Positions 13,845 through 25,715 are shown, numbered from the stretch's first letter. The stretch: DNA of 64,000 nt from Rhynchopus sp. YZ270_cl-10 (GCA_964035575.1 OZ037846.1:620001-684000), one strand, 5' to 3'. Notes: generated by a model not told the origin, from the sequence alone. Numbers and translations: made by a program.

Positions 13845-14482
13845 AAAGAAAACTTGAAAGACGAATGTGCCTCTCGTGCACACACATCTATCTTAGAGGT
13901 AGAAGGTCGCAATCCTTCCCCTCTTCTGCCTGTGATAGGCTTGACAGACTTGACGCCCACCAGGTGTGGAAGAAGGCGCTCGGCGGAAAGAGGCCGGATA
14001 AGGGGATTATTTTTAAAAAAAAAAATATTGTCCTCATTCGGGCTTCCCTGCTGCAGCGTTCCATTCCTCGTCGATGGGTTCTTTGCTGTCCTGTGAGCGG
14101 GGGGTGGTGGTGGTGGTGGTGTGGGGTTTGTAGCGGCAAACAAAACCACTGTAAAAGAAACCGACTCTCCAGGAGATGACGGTAAAATCATTTTTTATTA
14201 TTTTGGTTTTTTAGACTCCAGCCACATCAAAATTCGGTTATTATTTACTGGGAAACCAATTTTATGACCTGCTAATCCGTTTTAGAATTTAGCTAATTCA
14301 AGAGAAAATAATATCACCCCCCTGCTTTAGCAGGCTCACAACTCCCACAGGGAAACTCGATAAACTCTTTACTCTTTGCTCAAAAGACGATAAACGGGGA
14401 GAAAAAATAATTGGTTATTTCTCGCACAAAAAACCCCCCTCTCTCTCTCTCACTCCCCCCCAATCCATCACCCAAGAAAACA

Positions 14483-17400
14483 TCATACCACATTCGCGCT
14501 CTTCTCGTGAGCTGTCTTCTCCTCCTCCTCCTCATCCTCATCCCGTTCCTTCCTCCTTAGGTACAACACGAACACCGTGAACCCCACCACCATCGCGCAC
14601 AGCACTCCTCCCACTATCACCCCTATCGCCGCACCGTTTGAAAGCACAGTAGTACCTCCTGTATCTTCAACACATTCAGACGACGTGAGGGTGTACCCTG
14701 ACTGACATGCTGTTGCCGTGCATTTTCCTAACACCATCATAACCTGGGATGCACCAGGCACTGAACAGTGAACGCTCTGAATTACCGAAGTCGAGACGCT
14801 CATTTTCCCAACAAACCCCGCATTAACGGCAGCAGTGGAAGAACGCAGACTGTCTGCAATCTCTGCGGCCAAATCGTTTTCTAGTACTGCAACTACGTCT
14901 GCATCCTTCACCCCTACCACATAGATGGTTGACCCGCAAGAGACAGTAAGCGATCCCACTCTCCCCTTGGTAGCAGACTCAATCGCCGTTGATACCGCGC
15001 TTTCCACATCTCTGGTTGATGCATCGCAGGAAACATCCCATACCAAGCGAAGCGTTACGTCCCTCCGTGTTTCCGAATCAGAGGCGACGCAAACGTAGAG
15101 TGTTTCCTGCGACGCACGGCTAACCGGGTTGTAGTATCCGTCCGAGCAGACGCACCGTCCTGAGGTGCAAACTGCAGCAGTATCTCCATACTCTGTGCAG
15201 CCAGCATCGTTGTCACACCACGTCACCTCCCCTATGGTATTCGGTGATGTCGTAGGTACTATGGTGACCGGAGCATCTGTCCGTGGAGGTGATGTTCTTG
15301 GCGGTCTCGTTTCAGGGGCGTTTGTCTGAGGGACATCTGTCATTGGAGCGTCCGTTTGCGGTGCAGACGTCTTCGGTGCTTGAGTCTCTGGGGCCCGTGT
15401 AATAGGTGCAGCGGTCTCTGGTGCGTTAGTTTCCGGTGCAACAGTCGCAGGGTTGTCAGTAGGAGGTGACAGCGTCTTCGGTGCAAAGGTGTCTGGAATG
15501 GTTGTTGGTGGTGTTGCGGTTGGGGTGAGCGTCGCAGGAGAGGCGGAGAAGGGGACCACCGTGGGTGGTGCTGGTGTGTCCGGAGCTGGTGTCGGTGGGG
15601 ATGGTGTTGGGGGCGACGGTGTTGGTGGAGACGTAGTGGGTGGTGCTGCTGTTGGCACTGCTGTGTCCGGGGCCGGGGTGGGTGGCGACTGTGTTGGGGA
15701 CAACGTGGGCTGTGCTGTCGGAGGTGCTGGAGTAGGAGGCGACGGTGTCGGCGGGGCCCTGGTGGGGACTGCTGTCGGTGGTGCAGCGGTCGGCTCTGCC
15801 GTTGGGGGCGCATCTGTTTTAGGTGCTAATGTACGTGGCGGGAGTGTCTTAGGTGCTTCGGTCGGCTCTGCTGTAGGTGGCGCTGCTGTCTCCGGTGTGT
15901 CCGTGTCAGGGGCGTCTGTCGCACGAAGCCCGCCACCACACACACAGCACGCTTCTGCCAGAGTGAACAGCTTCTCCCGATCAGTACCCCTCGTGTTGCA
16001 TAAGTGCATGTCAGCGGCATCGTCGCAGGTTGTTCCTAGACCTGCGTGCACCCATTCAGAGCCGTTCGATAAGGTGTGGTCTGAGCAGGTCACGTCAGGT
16101 GCGTCTGTTGGTGCCGTGGAGGTGGAGGGTGTGTCCGTTGTGGGGTGTGTGGTGGGCTGCATGGTCTGTGGTGCGACTGTGGTGACGCCGCCCCCGCAGA
16201 CGCAGCATGCCTCAGAGGCAGTGTAGTTGCCGTCCACGTCGGTGCCGGTCATGTCGCAGAGCATCAGCGCGTCGGAGACGTCCTCGCACGTCTTCTGGAA
16301 GAGGTCGTTCGTCCACGGCGAGCCGTCGAAGAGTGTGTGGTCCGCGCACACTGCGTCCGGTGAGTTGGTCGTGAGCGGCGAGCCCGTAGGGTTGGCAGTA
16401 GCCGGTGCAGCTGTCTCTGCAGTCTCGCGATCCCCGCCCCCACACACGCAGCACGCCTCGGCTGTAGTGTAGTTGCCGTCGGCGTCCTTGCCCCGTGCGC
16501 GGCACAGGGCAGTGTTGCCTGCCACATCCTCGCATGTAACGTGGCTGTTCTTGTGCTCCCACTCCGACCCGTCAAGGAGAGTGTGGTCCGAGCAGTTAGA
16601 GTCGGGTGCGTCGGTGGGCGGGGTGGGTGCTGCTGTCGGTGCCTGGGTGTCTAATGAAGGGGCATCTGTCGGTGCGCTTGTCGGTGCGGCCGTTGGCACG
16701 TCGGTTGGCACACTTGTCGGTACACTTGTCACACCTACCGGTGCATCTGTCGGTGCGGCCGTTGGCACAGCTGTTGGCACACTTGTCACACCTGCCGGCA
16801 CACCTGTCGGCACAGCTGTCGGTACACTTGTAGGTACGCTTGTAGGCACACCTGTTGGCGCGTCTGTTGGCACCGCTGTATCCGGTGCAGCCGTTGCCAC
16901 CCCACCCCCACACTCACAACACGCCTGCTTCGTCGTGAAGCGCATCTCTGCATCTGTGCCAGGTGCGTTACAGAGGGGCGGATCGTCGACCACATCGGCA
17001 CATGTCTTCCCCAGATTAGAGTGCACCCAGGGCGAGCCACCCGAGAGCACGTGGTCCGTGCAGGGATGCACGACGGGCACCTCTGTTGGGGGCGCAGGTG
17101 TGGGCGGGAAGAGCGGCTCCGCTGTTTCTGGTGGCCGCGTGGCAAAGGCACCACCACCACACACACAGCAGGCGGTCCGGGTGGTGTGGATCCTGTCGCG
17201 GTCGGTCATACGATTCGCACAATTTGTCTCGGTATCTTGCCCAAGCACTTCACAGGTGAGAAGACGGCTGCCGAGATGCCACTCACTACCGTCCTGCAAG
17301 GTGTGGTCGACACAGATCGCAGGCACCCGTGTACCAGGTGCGTCGGTCTCGAAGCCACCACCACAGAAGCAGCATGCGTCGTACGCAGTGTACCACCCGT

Positions 17401-17575
17401 CCTCGTCCTCTTCTTCGCTGTCGCAGCTGTCGGGAATCAGCTCGAGATCGTCGCAGGTTGCACCATCAATATTCCACACATCACCTCCGGACAGTGTGTA
17501 GTCCTGACACGCCGCCGTTTCTCGGAACAGTGTTAAAAACAAAAGCCACAGAGCACACCTACCCCCATGCATCAT
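14483..17575 (-). CDS. Type I membrane, mucin-like surface protein with six Cys-rich repeats, Pro/Thr-rich linkers and an EGF-like domain (1030 aa)
   Basis: Hydrophobic N-terminal signal; six C-x-D[HY]xL...W...ACCxCGGG modules; PTxAP/PTxVP tracts; EGF-like CDNDAGC...CVCSDGY; C-terminal TM helix followed by LRRK and an acidic tail. Confidence 0.92.
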   Translation of the reverse strand: MMHGGRCALWLLFLTLFRETAACQDYTLSGGDVWNIDGATCDDLELIPDSCDSEEEDEDGWYTAYDACCFCGGGFETDAPGTRVPAICVDHTLQDGSEWHLGSRLLTCEVLGQDTETNCANRMTDRDRIHTTRTACCVCGGGAFATRPPETAEPLFPPTPAPPTEVPVVHPCTDHVLSGGSPWVHSNLGKTCADVVDDPPLCNAPGTDAEMRFTTKQACCECGGGVATAAPDTAVPTDAPTGVPTSVPTSVPTAVPTGVPAGVTSVPTAVPTAAPTDAPVGVTSVPTSVPTDVPTAAPTSAPTDAPSLDTQAPTAAPTPPTDAPDSNCSDHTLLDGSEWEHKNSHVTCEDVAGNTALCRARGKDADGNYTTAEACCVCGGGDRETAETAAPATANPTGSPLTTNSPDAVCADHTLFDGSPWTNDLFQKTCEDVSDALMLCDMTGTDVDGNYTASEACCVCGGGVTTVAPQTMQPTTHPTTDTPSTSTAPTDAPDVTCSDHTLSNGSEWVHAGLGTTCDDAADMHLCNTRGTDREKLFTLAEACCVCGGGLRATDAPDTDTPETAAPPTAEPTEAPKTLPPRTLAPKTDAPPTAEPTAAPPTAVPTRAPPTPSPPTPAPPTAQPTLSPTQSPPTPAPDTAVPTAAPPTTSPPTPSPPTPSPPTPAPDTPAPPTVVPFSASPATLTPTATPPTTIPDTFAPKTLSPPTDNPATVAPETNAPETAAPITRAPETQAPKTSAPQTDAPMTDVPQTNAPETRPPRTSPPRTDAPVTIVPTTSPNTIGEVTWCDNDAGCTEYGDTAAVCTSGRCVCSDGYYNPVSRASQETLYVCVASDSETRRDVTLRLVWDVSCDASTRDVESAVSTAIESATKGRVGSLTVSCGSTIYVVGVKDADVVAVLENDLAAEIADSLRSSTAAVNAGFVGKMSVSTSVIQSVHCSVPGASQVMMVLGKCTATACQSGYTLTSSECVEDTGGTTVLSNGAAIGVIVGGVLCAMVVGFTVFVLYLRRKERDEDEEEEEKTAHEKSANVV

Positions 17576-18763
17576 GTGTTCTGCTTTGTTGTGGTACCTG
17601 GGGGGCGTTGGGGAGGAGGATGGCTTTTACCTTGGAAGCGGGAAGGGTAGATCAGTGTGCAAATGAATGAGAGGTGCGCAAATATTGTTTTCTTCTTGCA
17701 TATCATATAAACAGAAAAAGACAGATTTTGTCTTTCTTTTCCCCTCTTTTTTGTTTTTTTTTTTAAATGGTGCCTTCACTCCAAGAAAAAAAAAAGAAAC
17801 GAACCAATCGGACGAACCCTAAGAGAACACACACCCATCATCATAGGAGGATATTGAAAATGATGAGTGTGTGCTTCACTGTGCAACACAATAACTTTTT
17901 TTTGTAAAAAAGGGAAGCAAAAAAAAAAATAGTAGCCTCTGGTATTAGGCAGTGAACGTTGCTACCAAAAAAAATAAAAAAAAAATAATGAAAAGCAAAA
18001 AAAACAGCAAAAAAAAAAACGTTGTGTGAAAAAAATATTTTTGCTACAGGAGAGATTTTTTTTACTTTTTTGTATACTTGGTGCTCCGGTGGGGGGGGTC
18101 GATACCGATTTCCGAAAGCACCATTAATTTTTTTTTAAAAAAAACTTCGATATCTGTGTTGCACTATGTTGCTGGGTTTTTTTCCTTCTTCTCTTCGATG
18201 TAACTACAGCCTTCTGACATCCATTTTTTTGTCTGAAAACTTCATTTTTCTTTTTCTTTTTCTTGAAAACTTGGTTGTTTTAGTGTAGACACCCGAAGAT
18301 GAACTTCACTATTTTTCTTTTTAGTGATGACATCCTACTAAGATGATGCCCCCACTGTCAAATTGGGTCGTCTTTCAAATTGAGACAGAGAAGAGGGGGG
18401 GGTAGCGCGGATAACAAGAAAAGAACGTCTTGGGAGAGGACCGTTTGTGCGAACCGCACAATATTCTCCTCTCTGAGGAAGTCAAAGGAACGCAGCAGGA
18501 TGCATGTAAACTTCTAGCGATATTGTTGTTTTTTTTTTTTTTGAAAACTTTTTTTTTGATAAATTGTTGGAGTAGTGTAGTTGCCTCAGTTGTGCAATCT
18601 CCACTGTCATTTTTGTACCATTCCTTTTAGGGGAACGGAGCAATGTACGGTCCTGGAAGCTCCAGGAAAATGGAGTCGGTGGGCTTAATAGGAAGTTGCC
18701 TTTCCTAAACGTGCACACAACAATTTTTTTTTTATAGAAAACTTGGTTGTAAAATACGTAGAA

Positions 18764-18845
18764 ACCCGTCTTGAAACACGGACCAAGGAGTCTAACACGT
18801 GTGCAAGGCTTAGGGTGTCAAACCCATAAGCTGCACTGAAAGGGA
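18764..18845 (+). pseudogene. LSU (28S) rRNA fragment, ~80 nt
   Basis: acccgtcttgaaacacggaccaaggagtctaac...gggtgtcaaacccata...tgaaag matches the conserved LSU core just 3' of the D2 expansion segment. No flanking rDNA. Confidence 0.9.
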
Positions 18846-19271
18846 GACACTCGAAGGATGAGCTCCACTATAGTTTTTTTTTGTTTTTTGTCTTTTTTTT
18901 TTTTGTATTTCTTTTTCTAGCTTCGAAGTGGTTTTTCCACGTATCGATTTTTACATGCCATTACATAGCTGACCGTTCGTGTACGTACCCTGCACTGTCT
19001 TTACTCCACCCAAATTTTGAATCATTGACAAAAAATCATTTTCCCAATAAAAGGGGGAAGAAGAAGTAGAATTCATCCACTTTTCTTCAAAACGTTTAAA
19101 AAAAAATCTAATGTTGGGTCATCATTGATGCCCTTTTCCCCTTGCAGGATTTTGTTTCCCTTTTGGAAACCTTGGTTTTTTTTGTATGAGTGTAAACACC
19201 TAATGGTGTTCCTCTTTTTTTTGAGCTTTTTTTGAGCTTTTTTTTCAGGTGTTTTTTTGTGCAGGGTGCGT

Positions 19272-20666
19272 TCAGTACTCCTCGACTTCGACCTCCGGTT
19301 CAGCCACCTCAGTCACCTGCTTTACGTTCATGATTTGCATCCATTGTGTGACATTGATGCCTTTGCCTCCAGCGCTGGCCACGTCAACAAAGTGCTCAAG
19401 CTTCGGGCGCACAACATTGACGTCCTCTCCAAGCACTCTTGCGACTTCAACTGTAATAGAAGGACGTTGAATGGTGTTGGCGGGATAGGAACTTCTTAAC
19501 AAAGCCTTTTATGGGGTACTATGCGACCAGTGGGGTTTTTTTATAAAGTTTTTTTTTTTTTGTTGCATGAAAACTTAGTTGTTTTAGTGCAGACACCCGA
19601 AGATGAACTCCACTACACTACACTCATCGAAGTGATACCGGAGTTACCACGTCAAGACCCTCTGGTCTTTCGCAACAAGGGACATCAAATACGTTGTACT
19701 AAACCCGCCTACGCCTTGGGCAATCGGGGAGAGAGAAAAAATGGTATTTTTTTTGTCCAAATTTTAAAATAAAAGATGTGGGAAATCATTCAAGTCATAC
19801 CCATGTCGTCAGCGCTGATGGCGGTTTTGTCCTCGGAGAAGAGGTTAAACGCGCGTTGTGCCTCGGGGCGGGGTCCTGCCTGCGCCTGGAACTTCTCCTG
19901 CACAAGCTTCTCGAACTCAGGGTAGCTGCAAAGGGGGGGGGGGGAGGAATTGAACGTGGTACTGTGGCAGTAGGAAGCAAACCATCGTAAAGGTTGCTTT
20001 GTGTGGTGAACCCTGCAGGATCATTCATGAAGAACTCACTATCATGGTTCATTAGTAAGGCAAATAATTTACAGAAAGAAAAAAAAAAATCTCCAAAAGA
20101 AGGCAAAGTCACCTAGGACTATGTGTTTAGCACTCCTTTGAATCACAACCTCTTCGTATTGCTAATCACATATAACGGGGATTCTTTTTGAAAGAAGTGG
20201 CAAAACTAAACTAACATTTTTGCCACTTGATTTGTCCTCACTAATCTACCACTGAGTCTTTTTTCGTTGACCGCAGCCATTTTAGGAAGCCATTTAGGAT
20301 CTTACCCCTGGGTGGTGCACATAATAAATTGATTGGGGGGGAGGGAAATGATTCAAAAAGGAAAAAGCGTGAGGGGCAAATTTACTGTTGGCTAATTAAG
20401 TTCAGTTTCTAATAACACTATAAGCAAAAAGAAAACTGAAATAATGGATGGGAGGGGGGAAAGGGGTGGTACCTGACGCGGGTGTTGTTGTCTACCTCAT
20501 CGACGTTGCAGGCGGACATAATTGCGTCGTGGGTTTGTATTTTGTTGAACTTGAAGCCAAGCGCCTTCAGGGCGAGCTCAACATCCTCAAGCTCAAGTGC
20601 ACCTGTGTTTGATGCATCGAATATTTCAAACGCAACGCGGATCGCGTCTCTAGTAGGAGTGGCCAT
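19272..20666 (-). CDS. Centrin/calmodulin-like EF-hand protein, 3 exons (20666-20473, 19925-19801, 19450-19272), 165 aa
   Basis: Splicing two GT-AG introns by hand gives an uninterrupted 498-nt frame MATPTRDAIRVAFEIFDASNTGALELEDVELALKALGF...SYPEFEKLVQEKF...EAQRAFNLFSEDKTAISADDMVEVARVLGED...EEY*. Intron phases match. Confidence 0.88.
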
Positions 20667-21345
20667 TGTACTGTGTGAAGCGTTCTGTTGGGGGGGTTTT
20701 GAAAGTTTGTTTTGAAAAGGTGTTGCGGAGGGGAGGTGAGTGAACGGCGTTGACATTTTTCCGTTCACAAAGTGGTATGTTTGTTATTTCATATACTTTC
20801 TTTTCTAAACGAAAAGAAGGTACAGAGGGTGTATTTGAAAAGAAAAGTTGGCTCGAAATACAATAACCCGCTCGTGAACAATGTACCTTTGGTACAATGA
20901 CCAAGTGGGACCTCAACCATTCATGTCCTATAGTCCATTTCGAAGTTACCATCTGATATGCTCAACTCCCGCTTCCACTCAATCAGTCTGCATAAATGAA
21001 AGAAGAAGGGGGGGCTTTTTGGGAACACTTTTTTGGAAAAGACAGAATGCAATTGACACTATTAAAAGGCCTTTATCACCCAGGGGATTCTCTCTCTGTC
21101 TCTGGATAACGTTGATATGGGATCAACAGGTATATATCTCGGATGTATCGTACCCTAGCTAGGATGGGTTCGTGAGGCGCATGAAAGAGCAAAACAAAAA
21201 GGAATAGTTATTGATAGCAGGCACACCTCCGCCTGACCCACTGTACCACAGCTACCTTATGGATGAAAGGCACGTACCTTGGGAGAGGGTCTTCACAAAA
21301 GGGGTGTCTAAACTTGGTCCCATTTTCCCCTTTTTCATCTCTTTA

Positions 21346-21853
21346 CACGGCTTCGCAAATATATTCAATATATTTTAAATATTGATGAATATTGAAATAT
21401 GATTATTATTAAAAATATTGAATCAATATTTTGGAAAAAAATAATCAATATTTTAATAAATATTGACAAATATTGCAATATATTGAAAATATTGATAAAT
21501 ATTGAAATATCGGTAAATATTGGTAAATTTTATGTGCAATTTTACTGTGGTGGTTTCCGTAAATATATTGATCAATATTTTAATAAATATTGACAAATAT
21601 TGAAATATATTGAAAATATTGATAAATATTGAAATATTGGAAAATATTGATCAATATATTGAAAATATTGATCAATATTTTCAATATATTGATCAATATT
21701 TTACTATTTTCCCACTGCAAAATACCATACAAAATAAATCAATATTTATCAATATTTTTAATATTTTTGCTTTTTTTACACGTACTTTTTGAAAATATTA
21801 AAATATTGAACTTTTTTCAAAAAACTATTATTAAATATATTTGCGAAGCCGTG
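21346..21853. mobile_element. AT-rich MITE with CACGG...CCGTG ends and 5-bp TSD (Transib-like signature)
   Basis: TIR cacggcttcgcaaatatatt / aatatatttgcgaagccgtg. cttta duplicated at 21341-21345 and 21854-21858. Interior built of aatatt repeats. Confidence 0.85.
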
Positions 21854-22248
21854 CTTTATTCACTTCATCATCATTGGTCAGTATTTCACTAAGGTAAAGT
21901 GAAAAAAAAGGGGGAAAGTGAGAATGACAAAGGGGAAAAAGAGATGTGGACACCTTCCAAAGAAGAGTAAGAAGAAGAACCTTAGCCTCTCCTGCTTAGT
22001 CACCTTGCGGAACAAAGCTTGAAGATGCATGCCACACACGGACACACCATCAACAATAAGAGAAGCTGAAAGTTGCAAACACTTCGTTTCATTATAGACT
22101 ACCAGCAAATAACCCCACAAGAGAGCAAGACACGACTTTTCTTCACAGGATGCTTAAAAGAGAGCAAATAGAAGGAGTACGTTTTGCAGTAGGATGTTAG
22201 CACCCTTGGGACAAACAAAGCCACAAAACGAGAACAACAAAACGCCAC

Positions 22249-23433
22249 CTACAGTGGTGGCTTTAGCTTCGTGATGGGTGTGAGCCTCATTGCCTGGGCC
22301 CCCAGGTCCAGCGAGGCTTCCTGCTGGTCACAGTCGCCGGACAATGCAAGAATGATTGATGTACGCCCTGTCCCACTCAGCACACCTTGCAGGAGACGGG
22401 TCAGCGTATTGTTTCGCCAGGGGATAAAGCTTTCCTCTTTGGCCAATGAATTAACGATCTGCCTCAAGGACAGTAACGATGCGTTGATAGCCTGTGTCTC
22501 TACTAGGGAGATAGCATGGGCACCAGGAACAGGATCCGGCCTGTGGAACCGCCCAAGCGCCGCAAGGTCGGCAAAGACAATCCGTCCCTCACCACTGCTT
22601 ATACGAATCTGCACAGAAAAGGCCACATGCCCTCTTGAAGTGACCACATTGCTGCGGTCCTCCCTGACCACCCTCCTCCCCTCACCTTCACGAAACACCT
22701 TCACAAATGCATCCACATCAGGCAGCTCCACGACAGAACAGTGTTCCCAATCGACGTCCCCTGCGTTGAATTTGAGGCTGACCTTGTTTTGCTCCTCCAG
22801 AAGGTCCGTCACCTGTCCTCGGTAGATCTGCACAAACTGCGCAGAAAGCGACACAACCCTCCCCTCCCTCATCGCGTCGCACAGATACTCTGCAGCCTGC
22901 ACGACAAGCCCTGGCACCTCCACACCTCTGCCGCCCATGAGGTAGGTTTCCCCTCCCCCAGGAACGTTTAAGGCAAGAACACACGAAGACCTCCCACCCA
23001 AGGCATGCTCCAAGGCAGGCAGGGTCGTGCCACGAAACAGTTCCTCAGGGCTGGCTGAAGGGGGGAACACATCATCAAGTCTGTACACTCTGCTGTTCAC
23101 ATGGACGGAATCGTTGTGCACTGAAAGGGAGCCGCCAGGGTGTGTTACCTTCCCAAAGACAAGACAACGGCGGGAGGAGAAGTCTGCGGTTGGTGCTTCC
23201 TTTCTCGTGAGCGTTAAAACGTCGCCAGACGAGATGCTCGTCAGGCGCAGCGCAGTGCTGTCATCCAATACATCCCCGTTTGGTCCACCCACCCTCAAAC
23301 ACATCCCACCCAATCCCGTCGTCACACCCAACGCTTCCACAGCCTTCTTCTTCAAGCTCGCTACTACCTCGTCTTCAGAAGACTCCAAAGTGCACATCAC
23401 TCCAGATGGATGCTGTGCAACGTGAACATCCAT
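22249..23433 (-). CDS. Ubl-domain + degenerate kinesin motor domain protein, copy 1 (394 aa from MDVHV)
   Basis: Kinesin motifs QIYxxxVxDLL, TSRGH, FADLA, AINxSLLxL, IPWRxxxLTRLLQ, GxGRT. First ATG shared by all three copies is at 23433. Confidence 0.88.
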   Translation of the reverse strand: MDVHVAQHPSGVMCTLESSEDEVVASLKKKAVEALGVTTGLGGMCLRVGGPNGDVLDDSTALRLTSISSGDVLTLTRKEAPTADFSSRRCLVFGKVTHPGGSLSVHNDSVHVNSRVYRLDDVFPPSASPEELFRGTTLPALEHALGGRSSCVLALNVPGGGETYLMGGRGVEVPGLVVQAAEYLCDAMREGRVVSLSAQFVQIYRGQVTDLLEEQNKVSLKFNAGDVDWEHCSVVELPDVDAFVKVFREGEGRRVVREDRSNVVTSRGHVAFSVQIRISSGEGRIVFADLAALGRFHRPDPVPGAHAISLVETQAINASLLSLRQIVNSLAKEESFIPWRNNTLTRLLQGVLSGTGRTSIILALSGDCDQQEASLDLGAQAMRLTPITKLKPPL

Positions 23434-24080
23434 TGAAAAGAGGTGGGTGGTTAGAGTATTAGAAGGAGCGTGAGGAAACTGTGAAGGGGTTTTGAAATGA
23501 AAAACAAATTTCTGTGGAATACAGAAGGAGAGGGACAACAAAGACAGCATGGACTTGAAATACAACAGCCCTCTCGTGTACCTTTGGTACAATGACCGGG
23601 TGTACCGTGGGTGGACACCCCAACCATGCGTGTCCTCAGTGCGCATAATGAAAGAAAAAGGATGGCTTTTTGGGAGCAGTATTTTTCTCACTGGAATACA
23701 GTAGGCACTATTGAAAGGCCTTTATCACCCAGGGGATTCTCTCTCTGTCTCTGGATAACGTTGATGGGATCAACAGGTATATATCTCGGATGGATCGTAC
23801 CCTAGCTAGGATGGGTTCGTGAGGCGCATAAAAGAGCAAAACAAAAAAGGAATAGTTATTGATAGCAGGCACACCTCCGCCTGTCCCACTGTACCGCAGC
23901 TACCTTATGGATGAAAGGCACGTACCTTGGGAGAGGGTCTTCACAAAAGGGGTGTCTAGAAAAGAAAGTGTCAACAATTGCTGCAAACACTTCGACGACC
24001 ATCACGAAATAACTATCACAAGATAGCAAGCCACGAGTTTTCTTGGCAGGAGCTACAAAACAAGAATACCAGAACGTCAC

Positions 24081-25253
24081 CTACAGTGGTGGCTTTAGCT
24101 TCGAGATTGATGCTATCCGCATTGCCTGGGCCCCGAAGTCCAGCGAGGTTTCCTGCTGCTCATAATCGCCGGACAATGCAAGAATGATTGATGTACGCCC
24201 TGTCCCACTCAGCACACCTTGCAGGAGACGGGTCAGCGTACTGTTTCGCCAGGGGATAAAGCTTTCCCCTTTCGCCAAGGCACACACGGTGTGCCCTAAG
24301 GACAGTAACGATGCGTTGATAGCCTTTGTCTCTTCACGGCAGACATCTGCAGGATCAGTCTTGTTGAACCTCTGAAGCCCCGCCACGTCGGCAAAGACAA
24401 TCCGTCCCTCACCACTACTCATACGAATCTGCACAGAAAAGGCCACATGCCCTCTTGAACTGACCACATTACTGCGGTCCTCCCTGACCACCCTCCTCCC
24501 CTCACCTTCACGAAACACCTTCACAAATGCATCCACATCAGGCAGCTCCACGACAGAACAGTGTTCCCAATCGACGTCCCCTGCGTTGAATTTGAGGTTG
24601 ACCTTGTTTTGCTCCTCCAGAAGGTCCGTCACCTGTCCTCGGTAGATCTGCACAAACTGCGCAGAAAGCGACACAACCCTCCCCTCCCTCATCGCGTCGC
24701 ACAGATACTCTGCAGCCTGCACGACAAGCCCTGGCACCTCCACACCTCTGCCGCCCATGAGGTAGGTTTCCCCTCCCCCAGGAACGTTTAAGGCAAGAAC
24801 ACACGAAGACCTCCCACCCAAGGCATGCTCCAAGGCAGGCAGGGTCGTGCCACGAAACAGTTCCTCAGGGCTGGCTGAAGGGGGGAACACAGCATCAAGT
24901 CTGTACACTCTGCTGTTCACATGGACGGAGTCGTTGTGCACTGAAAGGGAGCCGCCAGGGTGTGTTACCTTCCCAAAGACAAGACAACGGCGGGAGGAGA
25001 AGTCTGCGGTTGGTGCTTCCTTTCTTGTGAGCGTTAAAACGTCGCCAGACGAGATGCCCGTCAGGCGCAGCGCAGTGCTGTCATCCAATACATCCCCGTT
25101 TGGTCCACCCACCCTCAAACACATCCCACCCAATCCCGTCGTCACACCCAACGCTTCCACAGCCTTCTTCTTCAAGCTCGCTACTACCTCGTCTTCAGAA
25201 GACTCCAAAGTGCACATCACTCCAGATGGATGCTGTGCAACGTGAACATCCAT
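24081..25253 (-). CDS. Ubl-domain + degenerate kinesin motor domain protein, copy 2 (390 aa)
   Basis: Near-identical tandem paralog with SSRGH and DVAGLQ. Confidence 0.88.
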   Translation of the reverse strand: MDVHVAQHPSGVMCTLESSEDEVVASLKKKAVEALGVTTGLGGMCLRVGGPNGDVLDDSTALRLTGISSGDVLTLTRKEAPTADFSSRRCLVFGKVTHPGGSLSVHNDSVHVNSRVYRLDAVFPPSASPEELFRGTTLPALEHALGGRSSCVLALNVPGGGETYLMGGRGVEVPGLVVQAAEYLCDAMREGRVVSLSAQFVQIYRGQVTDLLEEQNKVNLKFNAGDVDWEHCSVVELPDVDAFVKVFREGEGRRVVREDRSNVVSSRGHVAFSVQIRMSSGEGRIVFADVAGLQRFNKTDPADVCREETKAINASLLSLGHTVCALAKGESFIPWRNSTLTRLLQGVLSGTGRTSIILALSGDYEQQETSLDFGAQAMRIASISKLKPPL

Positions 25254-25715
25254 TGAAAAGAGGTGGGTGGTTAGAGTATTAGAAGGAGCGTGAGGAAACT
25301 GTGAAGGGGTTTTGAAATGAAAAACAAATTTCTGTGGAATACAGAAGGAGAGGGACAACAAAGACAGCATGGACTTGAAATACAACAGCCCTCTCGTGTA
25401 CCTTTGGTACAATGACCGTGTACCGTGGGTGGACACCCCAACCATGCAGTCCTCCATCCATTTCGAGGTTACTATCTGATATGCTCAACTCCCGCTTCCA
25501 CTCGATCAGTCTGCATAAATGAAAGAAGAAGGGGGGGCTTTTTGAGAACACTTTTTTAGAAAAGACAGAATGCAATTGACACTATTGAAAGGCCTTTATC
25601 ACCCAGGGGATTCTCTCTCTGTCTCTGGATAACGTTGATGGGATCAACGGGTATTTATGTGCTTCGTATGTATCGTACCCTAGCTAGGATGGGTGGGTTC
25701 GTGAGGCGCATAAAA

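Noticed and set aside
1..14400. Many short K/F-rich ORFs
   Set aside because: Arise from poly-A/poly-T tracts and MITEs; no coding signature.
23434..23691. N-terminal extensions of the kinesin ORFs in the track (also 25254-25457, 27260-27487)
   Set aside because: They differ in frame and start between copies and run through the polypyrimidine/AG tract; the shared ATG is MDVHV.
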